Shown here: one piece after another, positions 17,342-28,253 of the stretch
How positions within the stretch are numbered: the first letter of the stretch is position 1
Layout: every line of letters starts with the position of its first letter
Assembly (NCBI GenBank): GCA_045544675.1
Contig: JAZPZK010000069.1
Location: 89 to 64,088, forward strand
Length of the DNA: 64,000 bases
Reading direction: 5' to 3'
Source: Acutalibacteraceae bacterium
GTDB lineage: Bacteria; Bacillota; Clostridia; Oscillospirales; Acutalibacteraceae
Position numbers and translations under genes: made by a program
Notes under the pieces: generated by a model
Told to the model about the DNA's origin: nothing
Database searches by the model: none
What the model saw: only the letters and a program-made list of their open reading frames with translations

Positions 17342-18271
17342 TTATTCCTCCTCAACGGTTGAGGTATCCTCAAAGAGTGCCTTTGCAAAAACCGCAGGCT
17401 TGAAGGGCTGAAGGTCGTCAATCTGCTCTCCGACACCTATAAACTTAACAGGAAGCTTAAGCTCATTCTTTATCGCAAGGACTACGCCGCCTCTTGCAGT
17501 ACCGTCAAGCTTTGTCAGCGCGATACCCGTAAGCTCGGCAACATTCATAAACTCCTTTGCCTGACTTACCGCATTCTGACCGGTCGTAGCATCAAGTACG
17601 AGAAGAATCTCACGGTCAGCATAGGGAAGCTGCTTTTCAACAACTCTGTATATTTTTGCAAGCTCATCCATAAGATTTTTCTTATTGTGAAGTCTGCCTG
17701 CTGTATCACAGATGATGATGTCACAATCTCTTGCAATACCGGCGCTGATTGTATCGTAAACAACTGCCGCAGGGTCTGCACCCTCCTTGTGCTTCACTAT
17801 ATCAACGCCTGCTCTGTCTGCCCATACCTCGAGCTGCTCAATAGCCGCCGCTCTGAAGGTATCAGCCGCACCGAGAATTACCTTCTTGCCCTCTTTCTTA
17901 TACATAGCGGCAAGCTTACCGATTGTGGTTGTTTTACCCACACCGTTAACGCCGATTACAAGAATAATCGAAGGAATTGTTATAAGTCCCATATCCTCGC
18001 CGCCGTCAATCATATCTGCAACGATATCGGCAATTATCATCTTTGCGTGCTTAGGATTGCGCACCTCATTGTGGTTTACTCTTTTGCGAAGTTCTGCAAC
18101 AATGTCAACAGCGGTTTTCATTCCGACGTCGCCCATTATGAGAGCTTCCTCAAGGTCTTCATATAAGTCCTCGGTAATTTCTTCATATGCACCGAGAACA
18201 TCTTCTATTCTGCCGGTCATACCCTCACGGGTTTTCTTAAGACCGAAGCCGAACTTTTTAAATATACCCAT
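17342..18271 (-). CDS. ftsY: Signal recognition particle receptor FtsY
   Basis: NG domain with GVNGVGKTTTIGKLA, DTAGR, TKLD. Confidence 0.96.
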   Translation of the reverse strand: MGIFKKFGFGLKKTREGMTGRIEDVLGAYEEITEDLYEDLEEALIMGDVGMKTAVDIVAELRKRVNHNEVRNPKHAKMIIADIVADMIDGGEDMGLITIPSIILVIGVNGVGKTTTIGKLAAMYKKEGKKVILGAADTFRAAAIEQLEVWADRAGVDIVKHKEGADPAAVVYDTISAGIARDCDIIICDTAGRLHNKKNLMDELAKIYRVVEKQLPYADREILLVLDATTGQNAVSQAKEFMNVAELTGIALTKLDGTARGGVVLAIKNELKLPVKFIGVGEQIDDLQPFKPAVFAKALFEDTSTVEEE

Positions 18272-18283
18272 TTTGTTACCTCC

Positions 18284-21200
18284 TTATTGAGCAATTCCGA
18301 GCTTTTTGGCAAGCTCAGCGGTTTTGAGTTCAAGAAGCTTTGATACGCCCTGCTCCTGCATTGTGATACCGTAAAGCATATCCGCTTCTTCCATAGTACC
18401 GCGTCTGTGGGTTATAAGAATAAACTGTGTGTTGTCTGTCATTCTGCGTACGTACTGAGCGTATCTCTGTACGTTAACATCGTCAAGAGCTGCCTCAACC
18501 TCGTCGAAGATGCAGAAGGGTGCAGGATTGACCTTCATAATGGCAAAGAGAAGCGCAATTGCCGAAAGTGCCTTTTCACCGCCTGAAAGTGAGTCAAGAC
18601 GCTTGACGTTCTTTCCCGGAGGCTGCAGCTTGATGTCAATGTTGCTCTCAAGCACGTCAGCGGGATTTTCAAGTATAAGCTCTGCCTTACCACCACCGAA
18701 AAGCTCACGGAAGGTCTCGTTGAAGTTATCATTTATCTTGACGAACTGCTCACGGAACTGATGGCTCATCTTATAGGTAAGCTCCTCGATAAGACGGATA
18801 AGCTCCTTCTTGCTCTTTTCCACATCCTCAACCTGAGTGGACATAAACTCATAACGTTCCTTGACTTCCTTATATTCCTCAATAGCACCGACATTAACTG
18901 AGCCGAGTGCTCTGATGGAATTCTTTATCTCGTGAAGTCTTCTTTGTGCGCCCTTGGGATCCTCAGGCTTTTCGCCGATTGCTTCAGCTTCACGTTTTGT
19001 AAGCTGATATTCATCATAAAGCTTATTAACGGTATCGTCATATTCCTTGAGCATTGTATCCTTACGCTCTTCGAGCCTTGCAAGCTCTCCGCTGATTTTT
19101 TCTCTTTCAGCAGTTTTTGTTCTTTCAAGAGTACGCTGTGCCTGAGATTTTTCCTCAGTAGCACTTCTCTGCTTCTGTAAAGCCGCTATCTGTTCTTTTG
19201 CAAGTCTGTTTGACTCAGCAAAGCTGTGTGCAAGCTCTTCAAGTGCTTTGATTTCCTGTTCAATTTCTATGTTTTTGAGCTTAATAAGCTCAATTTCCTT
19301 ATCCAGCTCCTTATCCTTATCCTCCTGACTTACAAGACGTGCTTTAAGAAGTCCTAACGCCTGATTTCTCGCACTAAGATCTCTGTCCGCACCGTGAATA
19401 TCAAGATTCAGCTTTGAAATATCAGCTGTCAATTCTTCCCTGCGGCCTGAAAGCTCACTTTTTCTGCCGTCAAGAAGGATGAGTTTGTTTTCATTTTCAG
19501 TGATTTTTCTTGTAAGCTCATCAATTTTCTCTTTGTGAAGCTCACATTCACCTTCAATTGCATAAACTCTTTCATCAGCACTGCTCTTTTCACTTATAAG
19601 GTTATCGAGAGCATCCTTAGCATCCTTATACTGCTGTAATGTTAGGTTATATTCGCCCTGAAGACGGATTTTTTCTTCCTGAGCAGAAACAAGCTCTGCT
19701 TTTTCATTATTCAATTCAGCTTCAATTGCTTCGATCTCTTTAATGAGAAAATCATAAGCCTTCTGCTTTTCTGAAAGTTCACCTTTGAGAACGGATTCCT
19801 TGCTTTTAAGTCTTTCTATTTCGGTACCTCTTGAAAGAATACCTGTAGACTGAGCCTGTGAACCGCCGGTCATTGAGCCGCCTGCATTGATAACCTGACC
19901 GTCAAGAGTAACAATCTTGAATCTGTGAGAATATTTCTTGGCAATTGCTATTGCACTTGTAAGATCTTCTGCAACAACAACCTTACCGAGAAGAGAGCAA
20001 ACAATCTCTCTGTATTTTTCGTCACATTTAAGAAGATTTGCAGCAATATCAATATAACCGAAACAATCGCCGATGTCCTTTTCTTCAAGCTCTTTGCCCT
20101 TTACAGCGGAAATAGGCTGGAAGGTTGCACGTCCTGAATTTGAAGACTTAAGAAGATTGATAGCATTCTTAGCATCATTTTCCGTATCAGTTACAATGTT
20201 CTGGATTGCATTGCCCAAAGCTGTTTCGATAGCTACAGCATACTCGGTTTCAACAGTAATAAGCTGTGAAATTGTTCCGTGAATACCCTTAAGTGAGCCC
20301 TTTTGACTTTCTTTTATTATCTTCTTAACTGCACCCGAATAGCCTTCCATGTTCTTTTCAAGCTCTTCAAGCATTTTAACCTTGGAAGTTGTGCGCTGAG
20401 ATTCAAAAATCAAATTGTCAAGCTCTTTTTTGCTTGTATCGGCTTTTTCGTTCTTTGTGTTAAGACGCAGGGTATAGCCCTTAATCGAGTTATTGATTGA
20501 TATAATATTGTTATCAGCATCGGAAATTGACTTTTCCTTTTTAGAAACCTCCTGAGAAAGAAGATCTGCAGATTCTCTCTTTCCGAAGATAAGCTGGTCA
20601 ATAATTTCAACTCGTGACTTGATTTCACTGATTGATGACATTGCAGTTGAATATGCAACGCGGCAATCAGAAAGCTCCTTTGTAAGCTCTGTTACAAACC
20701 TTGCAATTTCTGAGCTTTCCTCATCAAGAGAACCGCCCTCAAACTGCAGCTTTTCAAGCTCTTGCTCTGCGTTTTTAAGCTGACTGCTCTTTTCTGTACG
20801 TATTGAAATTATCTGATTTATCAGCTTTTCTTCAGTCTGAATTTCCTTGAGGAGTTGCTGCTGACTGTTTTCGGAATCATCTCTGTCTCTTCCGATTCTC
20901 TCAATTGTTTCATTGTTATGCTCGATTGAATTTCTGAGAACTGCCTGCTCGCCTGCCGCATTCGCTGCTTTTTCTTCAAGCTCAGATATTCCGTTTCTGA
21001 TTTCATCGATCTCAATATTGATATTCTGTGTGTCAGATATGCATTTTTCTATAGATGCCTCTATTTCAGAAAGCTCTTTCTCAACCTTTTCGTAATGTCC
21101 GTTAGCAATGGCAATGTTATCCTGCTGCTTACTGAGATTTTCTCTGAGCTTATCAATGTTATAAAGCCACAGTCCGATTTCGATTTCCTTCTTTTCGTCA

Positions 21201-21859
21201 GCGAGAACAAGAAATTTCTGAGCCTTTTCACTCTGATTTTTAAGAGGACCGATTCTGCTTTCAAGCTCGGTAAGAATATCTCTGAGTCTTATGAGATTTT
21301 CTTCAGCCTGAGACAGCTTTTTGAGTGAGTCGTTACGTCTGTATCTGTATGAAGAAATGCCTGCTGCTTCTTCAAGCATTTCGCGGCATTCCTTACCCTT
21401 ACCGCTGACCATGTCGGCAATTTTACCCTGGCTGACCATTGAATATCCGTCTCTGCCAAGACCGGTATCCATAAACAGCTCATGAACATCCTTAAGACGT
21501 ACATTTACACCGTTGATTTTATATTCACTTTCACCTGAACGGTAATAACGTCTTGTTACAGATACCTCATCACTGTCATAGCCCTTCAGGTTTTTATCGG
21601 CATTATCAAGGCGGAGTGTTACCTGAGCAAATCCGTGAGCTTTTCTGATTTTGGTACCGTCAAAAATAACGTCCTCCATCTTTGAGCCGCGAAGAGACTT
21701 ACTCGACTGCTCGCCGAGAACCCAACGTACCGCATCGGAAATATTACTTTTTCCGCTACCGTTAGGACCGACAACAGCTGTTATACCTTTGCCGAAATTC
21801 AATGTTGTTTTCTCAGGAAAGGATTTGAAGCCCTGCATTTCAAGTGCTTTTAATGTCAT
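18284..21859 (-). CDS. smc: Chromosome segregation protein SMC
   Basis: Walker A GPNGSGKSN, long coiled coils with a hinge, LSGGEKAL, Walker B FCIFDEVEAALD. 1191 aa. Confidence 0.97.
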   Translation of the reverse strand: MTLKALEMQGFKSFPEKTTLNFGKGITAVVGPNGSGKSNISDAVRWVLGEQSSKSLRGSKMEDVIFDGTKIRKAHGFAQVTLRLDNADKNLKGYDSDEVSVTRRYYRSGESEYKINGVNVRLKDVHELFMDTGLGRDGYSMVSQGKIADMVSGKGKECREMLEEAAGISSYRYRRNDSLKKLSQAEENLIRLRDILTELESRIGPLKNQSEKAQKFLVLADEKKEIEIGLWLYNIDKLRENLSKQQDNIAIANGHYEKVEKELSEIEASIEKCISDTQNINIEIDEIRNGISELEEKAANAAGEQAVLRNSIEHNNETIERIGRDRDDSENSQQQLLKEIQTEEKLINQIISIRTEKSSQLKNAEQELEKLQFEGGSLDEESSEIARFVTELTKELSDCRVAYSTAMSSISEIKSRVEIIDQLIFGKRESADLLSQEVSKKEKSISDADNNIISINNSIKGYTLRLNTKNEKADTSKKELDNLIFESQRTTSKVKMLEELEKNMEGYSGAVKKIIKESQKGSLKGIHGTISQLITVETEYAVAIETALGNAIQNIVTDTENDAKNAINLLKSSNSGRATFQPISAVKGKELEEKDIGDCFGYIDIAANLLKCDEKYREIVCSLLGKVVVAEDLTSAIAIAKKYSHRFKIVTLDGQVINAGGSMTGGSQAQSTGILSRGTEIERLKSKESVLKGELSEKQKAYDFLIKEIEAIEAELNNEKAELVSAQEEKIRLQGEYNLTLQQYKDAKDALDNLISEKSSADERVYAIEGECELHKEKIDELTRKITENENKLILLDGRKSELSGRREELTADISKLNLDIHGADRDLSARNQALGLLKARLVSQEDKDKELDKEIELIKLKNIEIEQEIKALEELAHSFAESNRLAKEQIAALQKQRSATEEKSQAQRTLERTKTAEREKISGELARLEERKDTMLKEYDDTVNKLYDEYQLTKREAEAIGEKPEDPKGAQRRLHEIKNSIRALGSVNVGAIEEYKEVKERYEFMSTQVEDVEKSKKELIRLIEELTYKMSHQFREQFVKINDNFNETFRELFGGGKAELILENPADVLESNIDIKLQPPGKNVKRLDSLSGGEKALSAIALLFAIMKVNPAPFCIFDEVEAALDDVNVQRYAQYVRRMTDNTQFILITHRRGTMEEADMLYGITMQEQGVSKLLELKTAELAKKLGIAQ

Positions 21860-21861
21860 TT

Positions 21862-22860
21862 TTAAATTCCTCGCACTGTTATTTTATATTTAGGATATGT
21901 TTCGTCCTGTACTATTCTGACCTTATAGCCTTTGTCGTTAAGTTTTTTTATATTGATTTTTTTCTGTCCCGTCAGCATAGAGACATAACTTTTTCCGACT
22001 GTTATCTCAATATTTCCGTTACTTATTTCACAATTCCGAAGCTCTTGTTCAGCAAGATTAAAATATATTCTGCTTTCACAAAGCTCTCTGAAAGCGGGAT
22101 GATATGCTCCTGCAACGAAGCCGTCTTCAACATTTCCGCCCGAATGAAGACCGAGACGGATAACTCGGATGTTGTTTTCATTGAACATCATCAGCAGCTC
22201 TGCACACAAATCAACGGCTTCACCGAGGTTCTGAGGTACATACTCTCCGCTTCTGTATAATCTTTCAAGCTTAGTTCCTTCAAGAACAACCGTAGGATAT
22301 ATTCTTGCAGTATCCGGACCGAGTTCAATCAGCTTCTTTGCAGTCTGTAAAGATTTTTCCGGTGTGTCACCGTAAAGACCGGTCATCATCTGAACGCCAA
22401 ATTCAAAACCGGACTGCTTTATAAGCTTTGCTGCATTCACTACCGCATTGCTGTTATGACCTCTGTTATTCAGTCTTAAAACATCATCATCCATACTCTG
22501 GCATCCGAGTTCGATTGAAGTAACACCGTATGATTTAAGAATTTCAAGTGTCTGTAAATCAATACAATCAGGTCTTGTTGAAATACGTATTCCTCTGAAA
22601 AGGCCTTTATCGATATATGACTTAGCCTTTGACAGAAGCTCAATCATATAACACCTGTCAATAGCAGTAAAACTGCCTCCGAAAAATGCAATCTCTCCGT
22701 CATTGCAGTCGGATGTTTCGATTGCAGTTAAAACTGCTTTTTCGATATCCTCAGCAGTTACCGGTGCTGTTTTACCTGAAATTGTTTTCTGATTACAGAA
22801 GCTGCATCTGTGAGGGCAGCCTAAATCCGGAACAAATAAGGCTACATTAATGTGCTTCAA
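21862..22860 (-). CDS. Radical SAM protein (Elp3-like core without an acetyltransferase domain)
   Basis: CPHRCSFCN CxxxCxxC motif. Sits between rnc and smc, which I recall as common in Clostridia. Confidence 0.85.
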   Translation of the reverse strand: MKHINVALFVPDLGCPHRCSFCNQKTISGKTAPVTAEDIEKAVLTAIETSDCNDGEIAFFGGSFTAIDRCYMIELLSKAKSYIDKGLFRGIRISTRPDCIDLQTLEILKSYGVTSIELGCQSMDDDVLRLNNRGHNSNAVVNAAKLIKQSGFEFGVQMMTGLYGDTPEKSLQTAKKLIELGPDTARIYPTVVLEGTKLERLYRSGEYVPQNLGEAVDLCAELLMMFNENNIRVIRLGLHSGGNVEDGFVAGAYHPAFRELCESRIYFNLAEQELRNCEISNGNIEITVGKSYVSMLTGQKKINIKKLNDKGYKVRIVQDETYPKYKITVRGI

Positions 22861-23537
22861 CTCTTTATACCCATAAGCTCAAGAGCCTGCTTTGCAGCCT
22901 GCTGCTCTGCAAGCTTCTTGCTTTTACCGATGCCGCATCCCATAACGTTTCTGTTGAGTCTTACCTCAACCTCAAACCGCTTATCGTGATCGGGACCGCT
23001 CTCCCCGACTACAACGTATGTAAGGTGCTCATCGGGATTCTTCTGTATTATTTCCTGAAGCTCTGTTTTGTAATCTCTGAAGCTCACCTGCTGAGTAGCA
23101 GCCTTTTTAACGAAATCAAGAACGAAGCTTCGTGCCTCTTCAAGTCCGCCGTCAAGATATATTGCAGCAATAACAGCTTCAAAGGCATCGGCAAGAATAG
23201 AAGCACGGTTTCTGCCGTTAGTGTTTTCCTCTCCTCTGCCGAGAAGTATGTACTTTCCGAGATTTATCTCCTTAGCGAAATTAAAAAGAGATTTTTCACA
23301 TGCACAAGCAGCTCTTTTTTTAGTCATTTCGCCTTCAGGAAGATGGTTAAGATTATGATAAAAATATTCTGCAGTAATTACACCAAGCACAGAGTCGCCA
23401 AGAAATTCAAGTCTTTCGTTGCACTCACCGTCAGTATGCTTTTCGTTAGCATAAGAAGAATGAGTAAGAGCTGTTATCAAAAGTGACTTATTTTTAAAGG
23501 TGTATCCGATTATATTCTCAAATTCTGTAAAATTCAT
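22857..23537 (-). CDS. rnc: Ribonuclease III
   Basis: ERLEFLGDSVL signature plus a C-terminal dsRBD. Confidence 0.96.
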   Translation of the reverse strand: MNFTEFENIIGYTFKNKSLLITALTHSSYANEKHTDGECNERLEFLGDSVLGVITAEYFYHNLNHLPEGEMTKKRAACACEKSLFNFAKEINLGKYILLGRGEENTNGRNRASILADAFEAVIAAIYLDGGLEEARSFVLDFVKKAATQQVSFRDYKTELQEIIQKNPDEHLTYVVVGESGPDHDKRFEVEVRLNRNVMGCGIGKSKKLAEQQAAKQALELMGIKS

Positions 23538-24850
23538 TATATATCCCTGCCTTCAAGACATTCTCTCAATGCATCAATACCCCGTTTTGCAAGCGCTGCA
23601 TAACGTTCTTTTTTATCTCTTATCTTAGGTTCAATTGCTGGTAAAACGCCGAAATTTGCGCCCATCGGCTGAAAATCAGCAACACTTTCGTCGCTTATAT
23701 ATCTGCTTAAAGCACCGATCATTGTTGTTTCGGGTAAAACGATGGTTTCTTTATCAGCCAGCCTTCTTGCCATATTTATGCCTGCCATAATTCCGCTCGC
23801 CGCAGATTCCATATAACCCTCAACACCGGTAATCTGACCTGCAAAGAAAAGATTACTTCTTGTTCTGAAGCTGAAATCTCCGTTAAGAAGCCTGGGTGAG
23901 TCAATAAAAGTGTTACGGTGCATAACCCCGTATCTGACAAACTCAGCATTTTCAAGAGCCGGAATCATCGAGAAAACTCTCTTTTGTTCGCCGAATTTCA
24001 GATTAGTCTGAAAACCGACAAGATTATACATCGTTCCCACACTGTTTTCTTTTCTCAGCTGAAGTACAGCCCAGGGCCTGTGTCCCGTCTTCGGGTCACG
24101 AAGTCCTACAGGCTTCATCGGTCCGAAGCGCATTGTATCCTTACCTCTGGAAGCAAGAACCTCAATCGGCATACAGCCCTCATAAAAGTCCTTACGCTTA
24201 TCGAAGGAATGCAAGGACGCACCTTCAGCGTTTATAAGTGCTTCATAAAAAGCTTCGTATTCTTCTTTATTCATCGGGCAGTTGATGTAATCATCTTCAC
24301 CGCCTCGGTCGTATCTTGAAGCAGTAAAAGCCTTATCGGAATTGATGCTTTCAAGTGTGACAATCGGAGCTGCCGCATCAAAAAAGTGAAGACCTGCACC
24401 GCAAAGCTCAGAAATACTGTCGCTCAAGCTGTCAGAAGCAAGGGGGCCTGCCGCAATGATGACATCACCCTGAGGAATTTCAGTTACCTCCTGACAGATG
24501 ATTTCAATGTTTTCGTGAGCTTTGATTTTTTCGGTTATAAGCTTTGAAAACTCATTTCTGTCAACAGCAAGCGCACCGCCTGCCGGCACCTCACATTTAT
24601 CTGCACACTCCATACAGATTGAACCGAGAACGCGCATTTCCTCTTTAAGAAGACCTGCCGCCGATTCAATACGCTTGGCTTTAAGAGAATTTGAACACAC
24701 GAGCTCAGCTAAAAGCGGAAGCTTATGGGCAGGAGAATATTTTTCAGGCTTCATTTCATAAAGCTTCACCTTGTAGCCCTTATTTGCAAGATGCCATGCA
24801 GCTTCAACGCCTGCAAGGCCGCCGCCGATAACCTTAACTTCCTGTGCCAT
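23537..24850 (-). CDS. trmFO: Methylenetetrahydrofolate--tRNA-(uracil-5-)-methyltransferase TrmFO
   Basis: VIGGGLAGVEAAW FAD motif and Gid/TrmFO length. GGCGGTGAG RBS favours the ATG at 24850; the ORF-track start is 24859. Confidence 0.93.
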   Translation of the reverse strand: MAQEVKVIGGGLAGVEAAWHLANKGYKVKLYEMKPEKYSPAHKLPLLAELVCSNSLKAKRIESAAGLLKEEMRVLGSICMECADKCEVPAGGALAVDRNEFSKLITEKIKAHENIEIICQEVTEIPQGDVIIAAGPLASDSLSDSISELCGAGLHFFDAAAPIVTLESINSDKAFTASRYDRGGEDDYINCPMNKEEYEAFYEALINAEGASLHSFDKRKDFYEGCMPIEVLASRGKDTMRFGPMKPVGLRDPKTGHRPWAVLQLRKENSVGTMYNLVGFQTNLKFGEQKRVFSMIPALENAEFVRYGVMHRNTFIDSPRLLNGDFSFRTRSNLFFAGQITGVEGYMESAASGIMAGINMARRLADKETIVLPETTMIGALSRYISDESVADFQPMGANFGVLPAIEPKIRDKKERYAALAKRGIDALRECLEGRDI

Positions 24851-24865
24851 TATTCTCACCGCCTT

Positions 24866-26959
24866 TTATTTCTTTTTCTTAGGTTTAGTCTGATATGAAC
24901 ATTTTTCATCAAGACAGGATAAAATCCCGCCCTTGCCCTTGAACAAAGATTTGCCGCATTCAGGACAAATTTCATCAGTGGGCTTATCCCAGGTCATAAA
25001 ATTACATCCGGGCCAGTTCTCACATCCGAAGAAGGTATATCCCCTCTTGGATTTTTTAGAAATTACCTTACCTGAACATACAGGACACTTTGCATTTGTT
25101 TCAACAACATAGGGCTTGGTTGTTTTACATTCAGGATATCCGGGACAAGCGAGGAATTTGCCGAAGCGTCCGGTTTTTATAACCATCATTCTGCCGCATT
25201 TTTCGCAAGGAATATCAGTAATATCCTCCTGGAGCTGAATTTTCACGCCCTCCATTTCCTTCTTGACCTTCTGAAGGTTTACTTCAAAATCATCGTAGAA
25301 GTTGTGAAGCATTCTGATGTAATCTTCCTTGCCTTCACCAACCATATCAAGGTCAGTTTCCATCTGTGCGGTAAACTTTACATTTACTATATTCTTGAAC
25401 TTCTCCTTGAGAAGATTTACTATTGCTTCACCAAGTTCGGTAGGAATAAGCTGCTTTGACTTTCTTTCAACATATTCACGCTTTGTTATTGTTGAAATAA
25501 TAGTTGCATAGGTGCTGGGACGTCCGACACCGTTTTCCTCGAGGGTTTTGATAAGTGATTCTTCCGTATATCTTGCAGGCGGCTGAGTAAAGTGCTGAGA
25601 AGGAATAAGCTCCTTAAGCTTAAGAGGCTCACCGCTTACAAGACCTGCAGGAAGCTTGGATTTCTCATCTGTATCGCCCATATCGTAAAGTACGGTGTAA
25701 CCGTCAAATTTAACGGAATATCCACTCGCTGTAAAGGTACAGTATTTTTCTTCAGGAGCGCCCGAAACGGTACTTCTGATTTCAAGCTTGGATGTATTCT
25801 GAACACAGGAAGCCATAAGAGAAGCAACAAATCTGTTCCATATCAAGGTGTAAAGCTTATACTGCTCTGCACTTAAGCTGCCCTTAACCTTATCAGGAGT
25901 AAGGCTGACAGTTGAAGGTCTGATAGCTTCGTGTCCGTCCTGGGCATTGCTTCTTGATTTATAATATCTGGGCTTTTCGGGAAGATATTTTTCACCGAAA
26001 GCACCGAGAATATACTCGTTTGTAGCCTGCCTTGCTTCCTCAGATATTCTGAGAGAGTCGGTTCTCATATAAGTGATAAGACCGATTGAGCCGTATCCTT
26101 CAATATTGACACCTTCGTAAAGCTCCTGTGCAATTTTCATGGTTCTCTCCGCACGGAAGCCGAGACGTCTTGAAGCCTCCTGTTGAAGAGTTGAGGTTAT
26201 GAAAGGAGGAGCAGGATTTTTCTTTCTTGTTCCGTTTTTCAAGGAGCTGATGTAATAGGATGCACCGTCAAGTCTGTTGAGAATTGCATCTGCATCCTCC
26301 TTATTCTTAAGCTCAATTTTACCGTTTTCGTCACCGTAGAACTGAGCTGTAACATTCTTCTTTGAAAAAAGGAATTTACCTTCAATTTCCCAGTATTCTT
26401 CAGGCTTAAAGGCTCTGATTTCATTTTCTCTGTCAACAATCATTCTTACAGCAACACTCTGAACTCGTCCTGCGGAAAGTCCTCTTCTGATTTTCTGAGA
26501 AACGAAAGGACTGAGCTTATAGCCAACAAGTCGATCGAGAATTCTTCTTGCCTGCTGAGCGTTTACAAGATCAAGATCAACCTTTCTGGGGTTGGACATA
26601 CCGTTTTTGACACCGGTTTTTGTAATTTCGTTAAAAGTAACACGGTTAAGCTTTTCAAGGTCAAGACCGAGAATTTCAGCAAGATGCCAGGATATTGCTT
26701 CTCCTTCACGGTCAGGGTCAGTTGCAAGAAATACTTCATCACTCTCGGCAACAGCAGCTCTGAGCTCTTTGACAAGCTTTTCCTTTCCTTTTACTATGCT
26801 GTATTTAGGTGCAAAGTCATTTTTGATATCAACGCTGAGCTTTGCTGCGGGAAGGTCTCTGATGTGACCCTTTGATGCGATGATTTCATAACCGCTTCCA
26901 AGGTAATTCTTGAGTGTTTTTGCCTTGGAGGGTGACTCTACAATAATAAGATTTGCCAT
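24866..26959 (-). CDS. topA: DNA topoisomerase I
   Basis: TOPRIM IVESPSKAKT, active-site YMRTDS, C-terminal Cys4 zinc ribbons. Confidence 0.97.
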   Translation of the reverse strand: MANLIIVESPSKAKTLKNYLGSGYEIIASKGHIRDLPAAKLSVDIKNDFAPKYSIVKGKEKLVKELRAAVAESDEVFLATDPDREGEAISWHLAEILGLDLEKLNRVTFNEITKTGVKNGMSNPRKVDLDLVNAQQARRILDRLVGYKLSPFVSQKIRRGLSAGRVQSVAVRMIVDRENEIRAFKPEEYWEIEGKFLFSKKNVTAQFYGDENGKIELKNKEDADAILNRLDGASYYISSLKNGTRKKNPAPPFITSTLQQEASRRLGFRAERTMKIAQELYEGVNIEGYGSIGLITYMRTDSLRISEEARQATNEYILGAFGEKYLPEKPRYYKSRSNAQDGHEAIRPSTVSLTPDKVKGSLSAEQYKLYTLIWNRFVASLMASCVQNTSKLEIRSTVSGAPEEKYCTFTASGYSVKFDGYTVLYDMGDTDEKSKLPAGLVSGEPLKLKELIPSQHFTQPPARYTEESLIKTLEENGVGRPSTYATIISTITKREYVERKSKQLIPTELGEAIVNLLKEKFKNIVNVKFTAQMETDLDMVGEGKEDYIRMLHNFYDDFEVNLQKVKKEMEGVKIQLQEDITDIPCEKCGRMMVIKTGRFGKFLACPGYPECKTTKPYVVETNAKCPVCSGKVISKKSKRGYTFFGCENWPGCNFMTWDKPTDEICPECGKSLFKGKGGILSCLDEKCSYQTKPKKKK

Positions 26960-27004
26960 ATATTTTTCACCTTTTCTATTGGATTTCTTCTTTAAGCCGG
27001 ATTA

Positions 27005-28249
27005 TCAGACTATCCGGTATGAATCAGCGGTTTTTGTAATTATACCTTCCAGCTCAAGCTCCGTAAGAGCCACAAGTATTTTTGAAGGCATAAGCTCACA
27101 ATGATTTGTAAGCTCATCAAGTGTACAATTACCGTCGGACATTAAATTATACACCATTTCTGCATTTTTAGAAATAGTTTCAGGAATTTTTTTTATTTTA
27201 TTTTCTGATGTTTCCGGTTCTGCGGATTTAACATCGGCAGCTTCAGACTTCAGATCCGTTTTTTTAGCTTTTTTTACAGATTTCTTTCTTGATTTCTTAG
27301 AAAACTCAGATGAAACTGAAACATTTTCAAAAGGCTTATCGTTTTTAGGTTTACCGAATGTGCTTTTTCTTTCTACTCCGTCATAGTGGGAAATAAGCTC
27401 CTTACCGCTGAAAATCGGAAAAGCGCCCTGAGTTATAAGCAGATTTGAACCCGCATAGTTTCCGCTTTCAATATCGCCCGGTAAAACAAAAACATCTCTC
27501 TTCTGCCTGAGTGCGTGATTTGCTGTACTGAATGTACCGCTGTATTCAGCCGCTTCAATGATAACTACCGCCTTACTCAGACCTGAGATTATACGGTTAC
27601 GCATAGGAAAGCTCTCAGGTGAAACCTCGGTAAAGGGCGGATATTCACTAACGAGTGCACCGTGTGAGTATACTCTTTTCCGCAGCTCGCTGTTCTCCAT
27701 AAGATATCTGTGTCCGTGACCGTGACCCATAACAAGAACGGTCTTTCCGCCACTTTCAAGAGCAGCATGGTGTGAAACGCTGTCAATTCCCAGAGCACCG
27801 CCGCTGACGATAACCGCATTACCTTCCGTAACAAGCTCCGAAACAATTTTTCTTGCACTATCCTCGCCGTATTTGCTTGGCATTCTGCTGCCGATTGATG
27901 CTATCGGAAATTCAGCATTTAAGCAATCAACATCCCCTCTTACAAAAAGAGCAGCAGGTGCGTAGGGAATATTTCTCAGTCTTTCAGGGAATCTTTCATC
28001 GTCAGGGGTAAGAATGTGAATTTTATATTTCTTACAAGTATCAATTATCTTCTGACTTTCTTTCTGATTTTTATCACACAGTCTGGAAGGAAGTGCTCTC
28101 TTACGTTTAAGGTATGGTACATCCTTAAGCTCATCTTCGCTGCTGTTATAAATCGCTTCAGCACTACCGAAATACTCAAGCAGCTCCTTATAGCTGTTAC
28201 CGGCACCTACCCGGTTCTGAAGCCAGAGCCAATAGATAACATCACTCAT
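27005..28249 (-). CDS. dprA: DNA-processing protein DprA (Smf) with a long Lys/Ser-rich linker before the C-terminal winged helix
   Basis: Rossmann-like core with GGALGIDS. 414 aa. Confidence 0.9.
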   Translation of the reverse strand: MSDVIYWLWLQNRVGAGNSYKELLEYFGSAEAIYNSSEDELKDVPYLKRKRALPSRLCDKNQKESQKIIDTCKKYKIHILTPDDERFPERLRNIPYAPAALFVRGDVDCLNAEFPIASIGSRMPSKYGEDSARKIVSELVTEGNAVIVSGGALGIDSVSHHAALESGGKTVLVMGHGHGHRYLMENSELRKRVYSHGALVSEYPPFTEVSPESFPMRNRIISGLSKAVVIIEAAEYSGTFSTANHALRQKRDVFVLPGDIESGNYAGSNLLITQGAFPIFSGKELISHYDGVERKSTFGKPKNDKPFENVSVSSEFSKKSRKKSVKKAKKTDLKSEAADVKSAEPETSENKIKKIPETISKNAEMVYNLMSDGNCTLDELTNHCELMPSKILVALTELELEGIITKTADSYRIV

Positions 28250-28253
28250 TGCG

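Noticed and set aside
17787-18290. Long antisense or alternative-frame ORFs inside well-supported genes. Examples: 17687..18166 and 17787..18290 in ftsY, 22986..23486 in rnc, 39765..40298 in moeA, 55173..55997 in the oxidoreductase, 6732..7337, and 44509..45012 in aor
   Set aside because: Each is fully embedded opposite to, or out of frame with, a gene that has clear family motifs. Their translations are low-complexity, and none has an RBS.
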